A stretch of DNA of 64,000 nucleotides from Takakia lepidozioides. Its lineage: Eukaryota > Plantae > Bryophyta. The notes under the pieces were generated by a model. That model was not told the DNA's origin. It did no database searches and saw only the letters and a list, made by a program, of their open reading frames with translations. The position numbers were made by a program, and so were the translations under genes. Shown here piece after piece: positions 35,657-49,544 of the stretch. Position 1 is the stretch's first letter; every line of letters starts with the position of its first letter. Location of the stretch: positions 75,578,001 through 75,642,000 of the forward strand of contig CM060731.1 of assembly GCA_030704615.1 (NCBI GenBank). Reading direction: 5' to 3'.

Positions 35657-38600
35657 TTAATCTTTCCCTTCTTCTGCAACCATGAGAACCAATCTCCCCG
35701 TCTTAAAAGTCTTTAACTTGCCTTCATCAAACTGTTCCTTCTTCCTCTTCATCTGAATTCTGGTCATATTATCAGCTGCATCAGCACGTACTTCTTTCAC
35801 ATGGTATAATTCATGTTTCCTGACCTTAATGGAATCTTGCAATTCCATTCTCTTTCCCCATTCCGTTCTCATGGTAGGTAACAGGAATTCCACTGGAAGT
35901 AAAGCTTCCATACCATAAACTAATTGGAATGGTGTATACTTAGTGGTGACTTTATATGAAGTCCTGTATGACCACAAGCTGTCAGCAGCTTTGTATCCCA
36001 ATCCGTTCTGTTTGCATTGACTATCTTAGCCAAGATAGTACATAGTATTTTGTTGGTAGCCTCTGCCTTCCCATTAACCCTGTGGTAATATGTTGTACTC
36101 TTCCTATGCACAATCATGAACTCTTTAGTCAATAATTCAATGGTCTCATTAATGAAGTGACTTCCCTGATCACTGATAAATTCCAAGGGACAGCCAAATC
36201 GTGTAAGTATGTTCTCATACAGGAACCTTGCTGTGGACTTGGCTGTGTTGTCCCTCAAAGCTTTAGCTTCCACCACCACCCACTTCGTAGTATAATCAGT
36301 GGCTGTAATTATGTACCTTTTTCCGTGTATTCTTGGCTGGTGGGTTAATTGGTCCAACAAAGTCTAGTCCCCATTTCTGAAATGGTTCCGTAGGCATTGT
36401 AGGATGCAAGGCCATCCTTCCAGATCTCTGCAAAGGTCCTAGCCTCTGACATTCATCACAACTCTGACAATACTTGTGTACATCTTTGAACAAAGTAGGC
36501 CACCAGTAACCTGCGAGTAGTATCTTCCTACTGGTAGTCTCTTCTCCAAAATGACCTCCAGCCACTCCTTTATGAACTTCCTCCAAAACTTTATTTACTT
36601 CATGGTGGTACAAGCATCGTTTTAGTACTCCATCAGGTCCTAGCTTATACATTCTCTGCTCCTACCATAGTATGGTAAAGCTTTGATAGCGATTCTCTTC
36701 CTCTGCTCCTTACCATAACTAGGTGGGCATTGACCATGAGTAAGGTAGTATCTGATTGGCCACTGCCAATCTAACCATTCATCTGCACTTTCCTTGCACC
36801 TTCCATTAAAATAAACTCGCATCAGGTAACTGATCGTCTACTCCTGTGGCGGCCTCTCCTGTTGTTAGTCGTGACAAATGATCTGCCACAAGATGCAAAC
36901 GGCCAGGCTTGTAAACAACTTCGAACTCAAACTCATGCAAGATTATTAACCACTTCGCTATCCTTCCACTTATCAAAGGTTTGCACCAGATATATCAGAG
37001 CCTGGTGATCCACATAAAACATAAACTTTCTTCGCCAATAGGTAATGCCTGAATTTCTTGACTGCATAAATCATTGCCAGTGCTTCTCTTTTCAGTTGTG
37101 CTATAGTTCCTTTCAGCACTGTTCATCAACCTGCTAGCATAGTACACAGGTGAATCTATATTTCCTGTAACATTCTGGGCTAACACCGCTCCCAACGCTT
37201 CTCCTGAGGCATCACAGTGAACATGAAATACTACATGCCAGTGAGGGTTAATCAGCACAGGTGTAGTTGTTACTGACTGACATGTAAGTTTCTCAAAAGC
37301 CTGTTGACATTCAGCTGTCCATGCAAACACTGCATCTTTCTTCAGAAGCTTGCTCAATGGTGCTGCTATTTGTGCATACCTTTTGACAAATCTTCTGTAA
37401 TAACTGGTTTGCCCAAGGAATCTCCTTAGACTCTTTAACATTCACTGGTGGTGGAGAGGCTTTAATGGCCTCTGTCTTCCTGGGATCCACAAGAAGTCCC
37501 TTCTTACACACAATGTGTCCCAGAAGCACCCCTGAGTTCACACAGAAAGTACACTTCTCTGGATTCAGGCCCAGACCTCTCATCCTGCATCTGGCCAAAC
37601 ATAACTCCAATTTATGCAAGTGCTCATTCTTAGAGCTGTACACACTGAAATCATCCAAGAACACCTGCATGAAATCATCCAGATACTCATCAAAAAGATT
37701 CACTTATCACTCTCTGAAAGGTTGCTGGTGCATTACAAAGTCCAAAGGCATGACTTTGTATGCATAAGCACCCCAGTCTGTGATGAAAGCTGTCTTTCCT
37801 TGATCTTCTTCTGCCACTTGCACTTGATTATAACCACTGAAGCCATCCATGAATGAGTACATCTCATGCCTGCCACAGTGTCCAATACTGCTTCTGTGAA
37901 TGGCAAAGGGAAAAGATCTTTCTTCGTACAAGCATTCAGCTTCTTGTAGTTCACACAACTCTTAGTTTACCATTCTTCTTGGGAACTATCACAATGGGTG
38001 ACAACCAAGTTGTATACTCTATTGGGTATATAAACTTAGCCTCAGCCAACTTCTTGATCTCTTCTCCAACCTTCTGTGCGTAGTTGGGATTCATTCTGTA
38101 CCTGCCTGCTTGATTGGTATGTCTGACCCTGGTTCCAGTTCAATCTTATGCTGACAGATTTCAGGTGGTATCCCTTTTAGATCCTCATAGCTCCAAGCAA
38201 ATACATCTCTGTATTTGATGAACAAACTCTTAGCTTCTTCAAAGAATTCTGGCTCCAAATCAGCTCCTACCTTCACCATCCTCGGTTCCTCTTTAGTTCC
38301 CACATTCACTTCCCTCACCTGCTCATCAGCTGTGATTGTCCAACCAGTCACCACTTCATCCTGTAAACTCACAGTGTTGGTTCCTCTAGGATTTCCATTT
38401 CTCCTCCTTCTCTTTCTTCATAGAAATGTGATGGGTAACTGCTGGTTTCCTTTCAATTTGGTGTTGCTGACACTACACCACAACAGATACCTCTTAAACA
38501 ACTTAGGCTTTCCAGCCGCATCTCTGCAACCTGCTCCCACTCTGGGTGTGCAGCAAACAGGTAGCTTCCTGCTCCTCATCCAGTCCTCCTCTCCAGTCAT

Positions 38601-39000
38601 ACTTCTCTGACCCCTCGAGGTCTTCTCGTAGCAGGTAATCTACTAGATTTTCTTTGTGGTAATTTGTATCTCGTGTATCCCATTATGCACGGTTAGTAAC
38701 TGAGAATTCCAGTCATGGAATACCCTGGCCTGTTTCAGCCACGGACGTCCCAATAATAAGGAGTAAGCCTCCATGACTTCATCCATCTTCAACACAGTTA
38801 CTGTGATCATAAAGATCATCTTCTGTATCTGTATCTTAACTCCTCTTATTAATCCCAATGGCTGTACACTTCTTTGATCTGCCATTGTTACTGTAAATGG
38901 GGCTGGTTTCATGTTACTTAGACCAAGCTTCTTCTTAATTGGTCTGTCATGATATTTACTCCAGAACCTCCATCTATCAGTACATCAGTTAGTTCTGTGC
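35657..39000 (-). pseudogene. pol of copy A (protease, RT, RNase H, integrase), many single-base frameshifts
   Basis: LIDGGSG protease at ~38970, LLLGRPWL, FLDDF, DASG, WGLDFVG, ISDQG and AEATN. Confidence 0.92.
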
Positions 39001-39018
39001 TTCCAATTCTCAATTGGA

Positions 39019-41462
39019 TTACTGGCATAGAATCATCAAAGTCCACTGTTCTGTTTCTTGCCCTTCCGGCTTCACATTATAACTGGTCACCTTGCTGTTC
39101 AGGTCTGTGTTTCCTGTCTCCTGGGCAATTCGATTGATTGCTTGATACAGCCTGTGCCTACAATAAGGTGCCACAGCCAATAGCTGTCCAATGGTAATCT
39201 CTGCTTTGGTCTGGCATATTACTTCAGCCAAAGTCCCTTCATTACTCTGCATGTCTGCATCTTCTTTCTTCCTTTCATCCTCACTCACTTCTTCTTCTCC
39301 ATCAGAATCAGAGGAATCTGCCACAGGAATATCAGTACTCTTCTGCATTTCCCTTATGGTATCTGTCACTTCCTTGTGCAGTTCCTTCTCATCTCTCCAA
39401 GCCTCATCATCTTCAGGCATATCACTGCCACCTTCATTATCATCATCTTCCTCAACTACTGGAGGTATTATTGGCTTTGCTTCTTGTTACTATCATTGTA
39501 CTTACTTCTGGTACAATACATGGCCTAACCATGTGAGCTGCCACCACTGAGCCCTCATTCACAGGAGCTCTCATCTCATTCTGGTGTCTAATCCAGAATG
39601 AACAGGCTGCCTTGCGATGTCCTGGCTGATTACAATAGTAACATAGTTCTTCACCATTGGGTCCTCGCCCTGGTCTGCTCTTGGATTATTTCTGTAATCC
39701 TGATTCCCGGGCTGGTAATTCCCCTTGGATTACCCTGATAGTTGCCTCTGGAATTTCCTTGGTAATTCCCTCTTGAATTACCTCTCCCTTCCATGCCATT
39801 GTTATAACCACCAGACCTACCATAGTGGTCCTGATCATTGTTTCTTCTTGGCTGGGGCTGCACCTGATGCACCCTTACTTGCCTAGGTTCTCTTGCAGCT
39901 GTCCTTCTGTTGTAGTAACAATTATCAGTAGAATGGTTATCCATTTTACAGATAGTACAGTGTTTCTCCTTCATGTGGCATTCAATGGTGGTATGGCCTT
40001 CATTCTGGCACTTTGCACACCATACACCCTTCCTCCAATGTGTTGCAGCCTCTGTGGCATACTTCTTCAAGATTTCTTCCAATCTTTTCTCATAGTTATC
40101 CCTCTTCAACTTCTCCTTTCTCTTACTCTTCCTTTTAGTTCTTGCTCTTCTTCTATCATCTGACTCATCCTCAGAGTCCTCATCATCCCTTTTCTCTCTC
40201 CTGAGCATTCCCAATTGCTCAATTCTGTTTGCAGTTTCAAATGCCTCCTCCACTGTATTATGGGGTAACATATCCACTTTCTTTTGCAACTCTGGTCTTA
40301 GTCCACTCACAAACCAAGTCTTCTGTAAACCTGGTGCTGGTACTGCAGCCAGCTTTTTCATCATCAATTCCATCTTTTCCATATACTCCTCAACAATTTC
40401 ATGCTTCTTTTGCTTTAACTGTTGTAAACTTCCATACACTTCATCCTCAGTTTTACTTGTCCTGAACCTATTTCGGAATGCTGTATTCAAGCCATTCCAG
40501 GTTAGGAAATGATTATCAGGGAATCTTGCATACCATTCACTTGCTTTCTTGATAAGTGAACAAGGAAACAATCTCATCTTGGCATCATCGCCATTCTCAT
40601 TGTTCACTATACACATGTGCTCAAATTGGCTAATGTGTACATCGGGATCCCCTTTTCCTGAATATATTGGAAAATGTGGTTTTGCCCGTGTTGGTTGTAA
40701 CGCCATCTGTGGCCCTACCTTCTGCCCACTGACAGGTGCTGGCACCCTTGCTGGTGCTGGTCCTTCAGGACCTATTGTTGTTGTGGTGGATCTTCCACCA
40801 AGTGGCGGCCCTTGAGCACTCCTTGCTACTGGCCCCACGATATTCACAGTATTCCCAGCTCCAGTTGCACTACTTCCCACACTCCCTGTCCCCCCAGAGC
40901 CAGATCGAGGCAGCCCGCCTGATCCCCCTGAGCCGACATCTTCGTTGGCCTGTGATCCAAGTGCTCCACTTGATCCAGGTCCAACGGGTTGGGATGTCCT
41001 GGTTGTAGTCTCAACCTCAGCTGTTGGGTCTACTTCTTCATACTCTTCCTCTTCCAATTTCTTCTCTCTGATTTCATCCTCCAAGTTCTGCCCTTGGGTT
41101 TCTTCTTCACTCATGTAACTCAACTGCAATGGTGTTGGAGAGTCTGAACTCTCCGTTGGCTCTGCCACATCCTCTCCTCCTTCTTCACCTTCCGCTTCAG
41201 AAACTGGAGTTCCTGCTTTTGGTGTTCCATGCCAACTCTTATCAAAGATTTCTGTCAAATCTTTTATCCAGGGATGTACCTCAGATCTTTCACCTCGTGA
41301 TTGATCTTCTTCCCGTACCAATTCCCTTAATCTTTCTTGCAAAGAACAGAAGAAGTGGCATCCAACTCTAGTTCTTCCGGTATGGATGATGTACTCTCTG
41401 ATCTTAATGGTGTGAGAGGTCCAGATGATTCCCCTATGTCTATTCCTCTCTCCCAAAGACAT
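39019..41462 (-). pseudogene. gag of copy A with Zn knuckles
   Basis: FPIYSGKGDPDVHISQF, WFVSGLRPEL, CAKCQNEGHTTIEC and CTICKMDNHSTDNC. Frameshifted near 39720. Confidence 0.9.
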
Positions 41463-41556
41463 GGATAATTAGCTTTCAGATAGCTTTCTCTTTTTGCTGA
41501 ATATCTCTGGCGTCTAGCTTCTCTTTCATCACTCATGTCCCATGTCTTTCATTTTT

Positions 41557-42140
41557 TTAATGTGGCAATAACCAAAACTCTCTTCTGTAATATCTCTCGT
41601 ATATGCCTGGGTTTCTTTCAAGCTTCAATGCACCCTTGGCTATACTTGAAGTCTCCGTTACCATATAACCATATGGCAAACAAGTCTGGAAAGCTGTTCT
41701 TGGTGTGGGTTTGATCCACAAAATATCCTTTGGAATCCAATTCTTTACCAGTACAAGCTCTTCATGCATATGAGTATAAACATTCACCTTTCTTTCCTCC
41801 CAGCCTTCAAACTCTACTCGCTTAATGGATAGCAATGCTATCACATAAACCAATGTTGGTAACCAACGTGCTCTTCCTCTACAGGCCACCTGATAAATCT
41901 TTATCACTCCTTTCTCCAGACCCCACTCAGGGTCAGCATCATGCACTCTCTTAAGAATGTTTTCTTTACAACCGTCTGATAATTCCAAAAACCTCTGGAA
42001 GAATCGTTTGGACAATCTTTCCTTCTCAGTTTCACAAGGAATTTGATTCACATCAAATTCTTTAATTCTCCAACCACCATGATCCCACCAGATGCCTAAC
42101 ACATCTGGTTGTTCATGACCCTGTTCCCCAGTATGGTCGC
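41557..42140 (-). CDS. Extra ORF upstream of gag (Ogre ORF1-like position), unknown function
   Basis: Open frame of ~190 codons between the PBS and gag. Confidence 0.45.
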
Positions 42141-42142
42141 CA
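42125..42142 (-). promoter_or_regulatory. Primer binding site TGGCGACCATACTGGGGA (probably tRNA-Arg)
   Basis: Lies 2 nt after the LTR-terminal CA and starts with TGG. It resembles the Ogre-type tRNA-Arg PBS. Confidence 0.75.
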
Positions 42143-42803
42143 AATGTCGCGCGGCTTTTACTCACCCATCCCTTCGCTATCCGAGGTGAAAACTCCAAGA
42201 TAGAAGAGTTGGAAATCTCTAAGCACTCAGCCCGCTTAGAACAATCAGTCATGACCTACAGCTAGTGTATCATGGGGGTGTTTCCTATTTGTTTTCCTTC
42301 CCGCATTCATGTTAGCTAGTTACCTTACTGTTGGTAATTAAGTATCAGTTTGTTTCAGCAATCTATCGCATTCCATCAACTCATCCATTCATTCCACAGC
42401 TTCACTCAAATCTCTCTACACAGTGTGAGTATGAAGTGTGTATCAGATTAATATCTATCAAGTATCAGGCTGAAGCCAAGGAGTCTCTAATCTGCTCTAC
42501 ATTACAATTCTACTGCTTGCATTCATTAAGCATCACAGATCATCCTCCTCCTACTCCGTGCTCTCCTTCTTTCTGCTCAGAGATACGCTCTTTGCCTCAT
42601 TTCCCCCAGTGATGACCGAAGTCCCTCCAAGAAGTTCTCCCTCCCCTCCTTCCAGCCGTGATTTCCCAAGAAGTGATCCTTTTCCAGTCTTTGTTCCCTG
42701 CTTTATCTTCCTACCCGTTGTTCTAACCGTTTCCTCACTAACCGTCACCCGTGAACTAATATGTTCCATTCGCAGATGTTGTTCCCCACAGTCGTTCCCT
42801 GTC

Positions 42804-43420
42804 CACTACAACAAATTGCGGCTTTTACGTCTCTGTGTTATGACTCTAAATGCAGTCATGGAAGCCATTTACGACTTCCTGACTCTGCAGACGTAAAGAC
42901 CTAGTCAGTTGTGACATGGCAGATATGACTCTCCAGGCTGGCTGTCACGTGGCGCCAGAGCAGCTGTGGGGGTAGTCATACACGCTGGCTTTACTGAATG
43001 ACTGAACGGACAGTGTAGTCCATGTCAGCGGCTGTGCAAGAGTGGCACGTGCTCGATGCAGGAAATGACACGTGGCAGAGTGTTTAGCTCTCCATGACTG
43101 CGAACTATGACTACGGGTGTGCTAATCCGGTTGCAACACGTGGCGCATTGCAGTTTTTACACGTGGTCCATCAGCAGATTGACATGTGTCATGATGGGTG
43201 TTTTTTTTGGGTGTATTGCTATTTTTTCACATATTTGTATTTCTGCCACGTGGTGTAGTACTATTGGAGAGTGAAAATAGATGTAGTCATTATTATGACT
43301 ATGATAGCAGTCATGTACATGTCTTTTACAACAATGAAATATAATATATAATACAAAGAGAACAAGGCAGCAAGACATAACTGCAACAAGCTGAGCAAAA
43401 CCAAGAGATTGCACACCATC
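42804..43420 (+). mobile_element. CACTA left terminus truncating the 5' LTR of element A
   Basis: CACTACAACAAATTGCGGCTTTTA, followed by CACGTGG and ATGAC subterminal repeats. Confidence 0.75.
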
Positions 43421-43974
43421 TCTATTTACCAATCTATTTATCATTATCATTTTTGTTGCGATCTAAAAATACATTAAATAGTCGCATGTTCTCATGTGAA
43501 TTATTTGTCTAACTATAACACTTTGAAAAGTGTTCTCCCATAATCTTCTAACTACTCATGTATTCCATCAATCTGCAACCCATCAAAAACGGCTTGCATG
43601 GCTTTAAGAATTACTACAGCAAGGACATTTGTTTGTTTTCCAAGTTCTTGCATAAGATGCACCAACCAATATTGCATTGTGAGACACTCACTTGCTATAC
43701 TCCAAAGCGTCCAGGGAAGGTCACTGAGCAACCTGCCAAGGCGGAAACAATTAAGAGAATTATCTAATACCATATATGAAAAACCAATGCCAGTGTTGTT
43801 TATGGTAACTTCTATCCCATGTCCTAAACAAACCAAAGCAAAAAGGTTGGTGTGTATTGGCGAAGTCGTAAGATACTTCACAAAGAAACATGCACTAAAA
43901 ATGAAACCCAGGATGATAGGAAGGTCACTCACGTTTATACAAAGACATCTTGCCCATTGCCCAGCACCCTGCGT

Positions 43975-46040
43975 CACCCACACTCTATCTCTATTCCTTC
44001 AGCTATCCATGCCTCTGCACAAATCAAGCATTCATCCTTGCCTTGCTGCTAGCAGCTGACAATGACGGCCTACATTTGTTCTAGGAAACACCCAACTCAG
44101 CGTAGCACACTAGTTCCTATGCTGAATTGCGTCTGCTACTCTCTGAAATGTAGCAGGCATTCACCTTTCTGCCCCGGTTGACCCATCAGTGACTGGGCTC
44201 AGATGAGTATTCATTCCACAGCTTCTCCTCATCTCTGTTACCTATTTTTTGACACTTTCCTGTTGTCACATTGGCAGTATCATGTCAAAGTCACTCCAAA
44301 CTAGATTCACTCAACCAGCTAACTTGCAGAATTGAACATGTAAATTTAGGGCCGATTCTGATAAGAGGGAAAAACAGGGTGAAATGTGTTGAAGAAGATG
44401 TCTTCATTAGCAGTGCCTGATTTTATCACTTGTGCCGCTGCTCCCAGTTGACCATCTACCCATGCAGGTTTCTTGTAGCTATTGATCCACAGGGAATCAA
44501 AGGTAATCTTGTGCTTGAAATCTGGCCTTCTTGGATGAATCTGGACCCACACGAAATCCCTGCTCCTTCAGCTATCCATGCCTCTGCACAAATCATGCAT
44601 ACATCCTCGTCTTACTGCTAGCAGCTGACAATGACAGCCTAGAATTGTCAAAGCAAACACTAGCAGGGAAAACAGGGTGAAATATGTTGAAGAAGGTACC
44701 TTCATCCTTTTCTCCATCATTTGCTTTCAGGTGTCCAAAGCCCCATCCCGCGCTCCTGCTCTGCACACCCTTCAAGCATCGCATTCCACGACACCACATC
44801 TAGTTCAGCCATAGTGTTGAACACTCCCTTGGCATCCTCAATGCTCCCACATTTAGCATACATGGCCACCAAGCCATGTTCAGGATGACATCTGGTACAA
44901 TTGCAGATTTGATGATGTCACCAGGGATCTCTTTGCCCTTTTCCAGGGCTGCAGACGCACTGCAAACGCACACAAACGTTATGTCGGCGGCCTTCACCCC
45001 TTCCCCCATCATTTTCTCAAAAGTTGGAGCCTCCATCCCGCACCCCAGCTGTGCATACCCAGCAAGCATCGCACTCCACGACACCACATCTCGTTCAGCC
45101 AGTGTTGAACACTCCCTTTGCATCCTCAATGCACCCACAATTGGCGTACATGTCCACCAGGGCAGGGGCAGTGTTCAAAAGGACATGTGGTAATTTGACA
45201 GGCATTCACCTCCTGACTTGGCTATTCCCAACCCATCCTGCCATTGGCAAGAGATTCCACAGAAACTGATAGTTGTCTGTTTGACTGTATAACTATGTAT
45301 CTCTTGCTTTCTAACAGCTTGTACTGTGACACGCGTAATGCTCTTGTTGTGTTGAATCATTTCACGCCTTCAGGTTTCAGAACAAACATTACCGTCTTTC
45401 TTTATCAGACATGTGCACCAAGATAGAATCTCACCAAAAGATTGTTGGTGTTCAACAGTACCATACATGAAGATAACTAGCACCAAAAGGGCATATGAAG
45501 CTTATTCTACTCTCCACTAGTATTAACTTGCACCAGGACTTTCAATGGCTGTCTTCCAGTCCACCCACGGCCCGCTGTAAATGGCTTGCAACCTACAGAT
45601 TTTCAAGAGAGTTGATTACCATGAAAATTTCAAAACTGGCTTTACAAACCTAATAATTCAAGCATAATCAGCATTCAAGCTAAGGAAGCTTTACAAGCAT
45701 CATGTTGCGAGTAAAGCCTTGGCAACGTCACCAGGAAATCCCCGGCTGAATGGATGACACTGAAATAATGGAGCTTGAAATCCGGCCCTCTTGGACGAAT
45801 TTGGGCCCACACTCTATCCCTGCTCCTTCAGCTATCTATGCCTCTGCACAAAATCCTTCAGCTATCTATGCATACATCCTTGCCTTCCTGCTAACAGCTG
45901 ACAATGACAGCCTAGAATTGTTCCAGCAAACACCCCCAACCCTACTTATCAACGAGCAATGAGCTAACTTACAAAATTCAATATGCATCTCAGGGCGTCT
46001 GATGAGAGGGCAAAACATGCTGAAATAGGTCGAAGAAGAA
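43975..46040 (-). pseudogene. Scrambled PDF-motif/PPR pseudogene fragments
   Basis: IHPRRPDFKHKITFDSLWINSYKKPAWVDGQL (44440-44545), LWNEYSSEPSH*WVNRGRK, PPR remnants DVVSWSAMLAGYAQ...LEKGKEI (44780-45190), and repeated intron segments. Confidence 0.8.
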
Positions 46041-46204
46041 GGTGCCCTCACCACACTGTCCTTGACCTTGTGTCATGACCCATGGAGGATTTGACCTTGT
46101 GTGTGATGCTTGTGTCTGTAGTCAGGTAATGTCGGATTGGTCAGTGAGAACCTGCACCACGGTGCAGCTGAGCAGACAGACTTTGAAACACGGTCTGCTA
46201 AGAA

Positions 46205-47280
46205 TCCTGGGCAATTCGATTGATTGCTTGATACAGCCTGTGCCTACAATAAGGTGCCACAGCCAATAGCTGTCCAATGGTAATCTCTGCTTTGGTCTGG
46301 CATATTACTTCAGCCAAAGTCCCTTCATTACTCTGCATGTCTGCATCTTCTTTCTTCCTTTCATCCTCACTCACTTCTTCTTCTCCATCAGAATCAGAGG
46401 AATCTGCCACAGGAATATCAGTACTCTTCTGCATTTCCCTTATGGTATCTGCCACTTCCTTGTGCAGTTCCTTCTCATCTCTCCAAGCCTCATCATCTTC
46501 AGGCATATCACTGCCACCTTCATTATCATCATCTTCCTCAACTACTGGAGGTATTATTTTGGCTTTGCTTCTTGTTACTATCATTGTACTTACTTCTGGT
46601 ACAACACATGGCCTAACCATGTGAGCTGCCACCACTGAGCCCTCATTCACAGGAGCTCTCATCTCATTCTGGTGTCTAATCCAGAATGAACAGGCTGCCT
46701 TGCGATGTCCTGGCTGATTACAATAGTAACATAGTTCTTCACCATTGGGTCCTCGCCCTTGGTCTGCTCTTGGATTATTTCTGTAATCCTGATTCCCGGG
46801 CTGGTAATTCCCCCTTGGATTACCCTGATAGTTGCCTCTGGAATTTCCTTGGTAATTCCCTCTTGAATTACCTCTCCCTTGCATGCCATTGTTATAACCA
46901 CCAGACCTACCATAGTGGTCCTGATCATTGTTTCTTCTTGGCTGGGGCTGCACCTGATGCACCCTTACTTGCCTAGGTTCTCTTGCAGCTGTCCTTCTGT
47001 TGTAGTAACAATTATCAGTAGAATGGTTATCCATTTTACAGATAGTACAATGTTTCTCCTTCATGTGGCATTCTGTGGTGGTATGGCCTTTATTCTGGCA
47101 CTTTGCACACCATACACCCTTCCTCTAGTGTGTTGTAGCCTCTGTGGCATACTTCTTCAAGATTTCTTCCAATCTTTTCTCATAGTTATCCCTCTTCAAC
47201 TTCTCCTTTCTCTTACTCTTCCTTTTTAGTTCTTGCTCTTCTTTTTCATCTGACTCATCCTTAGAGTCCTCATCATCCTT
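46205..47280 (-). pseudogene. gag 3' fragment of the A/B/C Gypsy family
   Basis: Near-identical to 39119-40190. It is in frame through CYYCNQPGHRKAAC. Confidence 0.92.
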
Positions 47281-48747
47281 AGCAGTCTGCTGCAGATAAA
47301 CATAGTCACCAGGGTTAAATCTCCAAACCCCAGGACGATAGCCCCCACCACGTATGGTAGCATACCTCAACGTATCACGATGTTGTGCAATGGCAAGGTT
47401 ATGGAAAGCCATGGGCATGACTTTCTTAAACAACTCTGCACGCTGATCACATGCACATGCCCACATGTCCGGATCGTCAAGGTTGAGAACTGTAGCAGCT
47501 TCTCTACGAATGGATGCAGGCAAATCCGGCTCTCGGCCAAAGAGAAGAAAGTATGGTGAGAAGGAGGCAAGTGATGCTTGCTTGCTGAACCTGTAGCCCC
47601 TGGCTAACCAAGGTAACCGAAGGTCCCAATCTCCTAGGTGTCCCTTCTGCAAGCCATACTTGCGCAAACCCCTCTTTACTGTCTGGACAACCCTCTCTGC
47701 CAAGCCATCGGCCTCAGGATGATCCCGAGAAGTGGTGCGGTGGTCTACCAAGGCCTTGACACACAACGCCTGAAACTCCCCCAAGAACTCTCTCCCTTGG
47801 TCCGTGAGTACCTCAGCTGGAGCACCGAATCGGCCAAGTACACAATCCAAGAATGCATACGCAACTCCCTCACTAGCCTTATCAGGCAATGGAACCAACT
47901 CGATCCACTTGGAGAAGTGCTCCACCATCACCAACACGTACTTGTTGCGGCGCATGGTCAGTGACAACGGCCCTGCGAAGTCAAGACTCCACCTGTAGCC
48001 CAATCCCATGATTGGAAGAGGGTGCAATTGTGGAGTAGGGGCGTTGAATGAAGCACGCACCCTGTCACACACCATGCACCTAGCCACAAATTGTTGCACC
48101 TTTGTGTGCATACCACGCCACCAATACTGCCCCTGTAGTAGACTATGAGTGCGTCGCATCCCAAAATGCCCCAACTCCTCATGGGCATGCCGCACTAACC
48201 ATGCCCGCTGTGTTGGGTGAGGCACAATCCTCACTCGACCATCCTCCCACACTCGGAGCAGGTGTGTTCCCTCCCACTTGAACCTCTTGGCTCGTTGTAG
48301 GATCCGATCCCTCTCCTTGGCAGTCATAGTGGCTGCTGTGTCTCCATTGCAGAGGTAGTCCAACACAGCTGAATCCTCATGTATATCTTTGGCGCCACCT
48401 TGCTCATTGCTGGCCTCAGGGTCCTCAGACACTCGGTCTACAGTCATCCCTGTTGTAGGTCCAACCTGGCCTTCTGCTGCCAAGATATACAGAAATGCAG
48501 ATGCATGCCATCCGGGCACCATCTCCTCGTCCGTCTCCCCATGCCACCAAGCTCCAGTATCATCCTGTTGGCTCGTGCATGGATTGCGACTCAACCCATC
48601 TGCATCCCGATTGACCAAACCCGGTCGATGCACAACCTGAAAGTCATACTCTTGAAGGATGAGTGCCCACCGTGCAAGCTTCCCCGTAAGCTTGTCTGAC
48701 TCCATCAACCACTTGAGTGGTTGGTGATCCGTGACAAGGGTGAAGAG
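47281..48747 (-). pseudogene. RNase H end and integrase of the methyltransferase-bearing Gypsy
   Basis: TDHQPLKW, HEELGHFG...CMVC, WSLDFAGP, LTDQGREF and HPEADGLAER. Truncated at YLQQTA. Confidence 0.92.
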
Positions 48748-49544
48748 GGGGCTGCTATTTCATGAGTGGCATGAGCATGAGCGGCATGAGCATGAGCGGA
48801 CAAAAAAAAAGCATGAGCGGGCCATTGTGTGTCCACGGAAATAGGGTTAGGAGGCACGGAAATAGGGTCATGTGGACTCGTCATAGCAATGAAATGCAAC
48901 ATTTTATTGCAAATTTTGTGGCAAGCCACGTCTATACAAGTGTGTCCTAACTGACATAGCAAGAATGGGAACTACTCTCCTACACCTTCCGAGGAACTTG
49001 GCCCTCCTTCTTCCTCATCCCCCTCATCCCCCCCATCCTCCGAGCTCTATGATGCATCGGTTGCACTATGCCTCTCAAAAATTCCGTCCTCTCATTGGGG
49101 GACTGTCCACCTCACCTCCTGGGAATCTTCTGCCTCTTCCTCAGCAGAATCCAAGACAAATCTACGAGCCCGACGGGCTCTAATATCTGCTGCCTCCTCC
49201 CTCATCTTCATTTTCTTGAGGCTTGCCTCGTCTAAAATCTGCTGTACACGACTAGGTTCGGAACACCTCCTAATGGACACCGAAGCAAGCCGGGTAGCAT
49301 AAGTAGGAAGGATGGAGTCCCTTTCTGGACTAGGCATGAAATCCCCCTTGGCAAAAAAAGGCACGTTCCTCCTGCCCATGAACTCCGGTGTAGACGTCCC
49401 TCCTGCAGTACTTGGCATCCTACAGTAAGAACAAATCCACTTCAAGAATGTCAATACCAGCAGAAGCAGAAAGGGTTTTCAATGAAATAAGAGAGCAAAG
49501 GGAGGCGCCTCACAAAATCTGGAGGCAACTTACAATGCGACCAC

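Larger units (their letters stand above)
29753..42803 (-). mobile_element. Near-complete non-chromoviral Ty3/Gypsy LTR retrotransposon, copy A (Athila/Tat-related, no extra archaeal-type RNase H seen)
   Basis: 5' LTR 42145-42803 (truncated), PBS, upstream ORF, gag, PR, RT, RH, INT, tandem array 35140-35380, extra ORFs, PPT and 3' LTR 29753-30792. Confidence 0.93.

Noticed and set aside
42816-42828. GCGGCTTTTA shared by the CACTA end and the Gypsy LTR end
   Set aside because: A 10-bp match with no further similarity; probably coincidence.
18404-44170. The 44165-44550 exon as the upstream exon of the PPR gene across a 26-kb intron
   Set aside because: That exon has a stop and frameshifts, and its own short intron remnant differs from the sequence before 18404. 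It cannot be fully excluded without transcripts.
47125-48708. The 527-aa ORF as a genuine protein
   Set aside because: It is a chimera of integrase and an unrelated gag, and its start is an internal pol codon.
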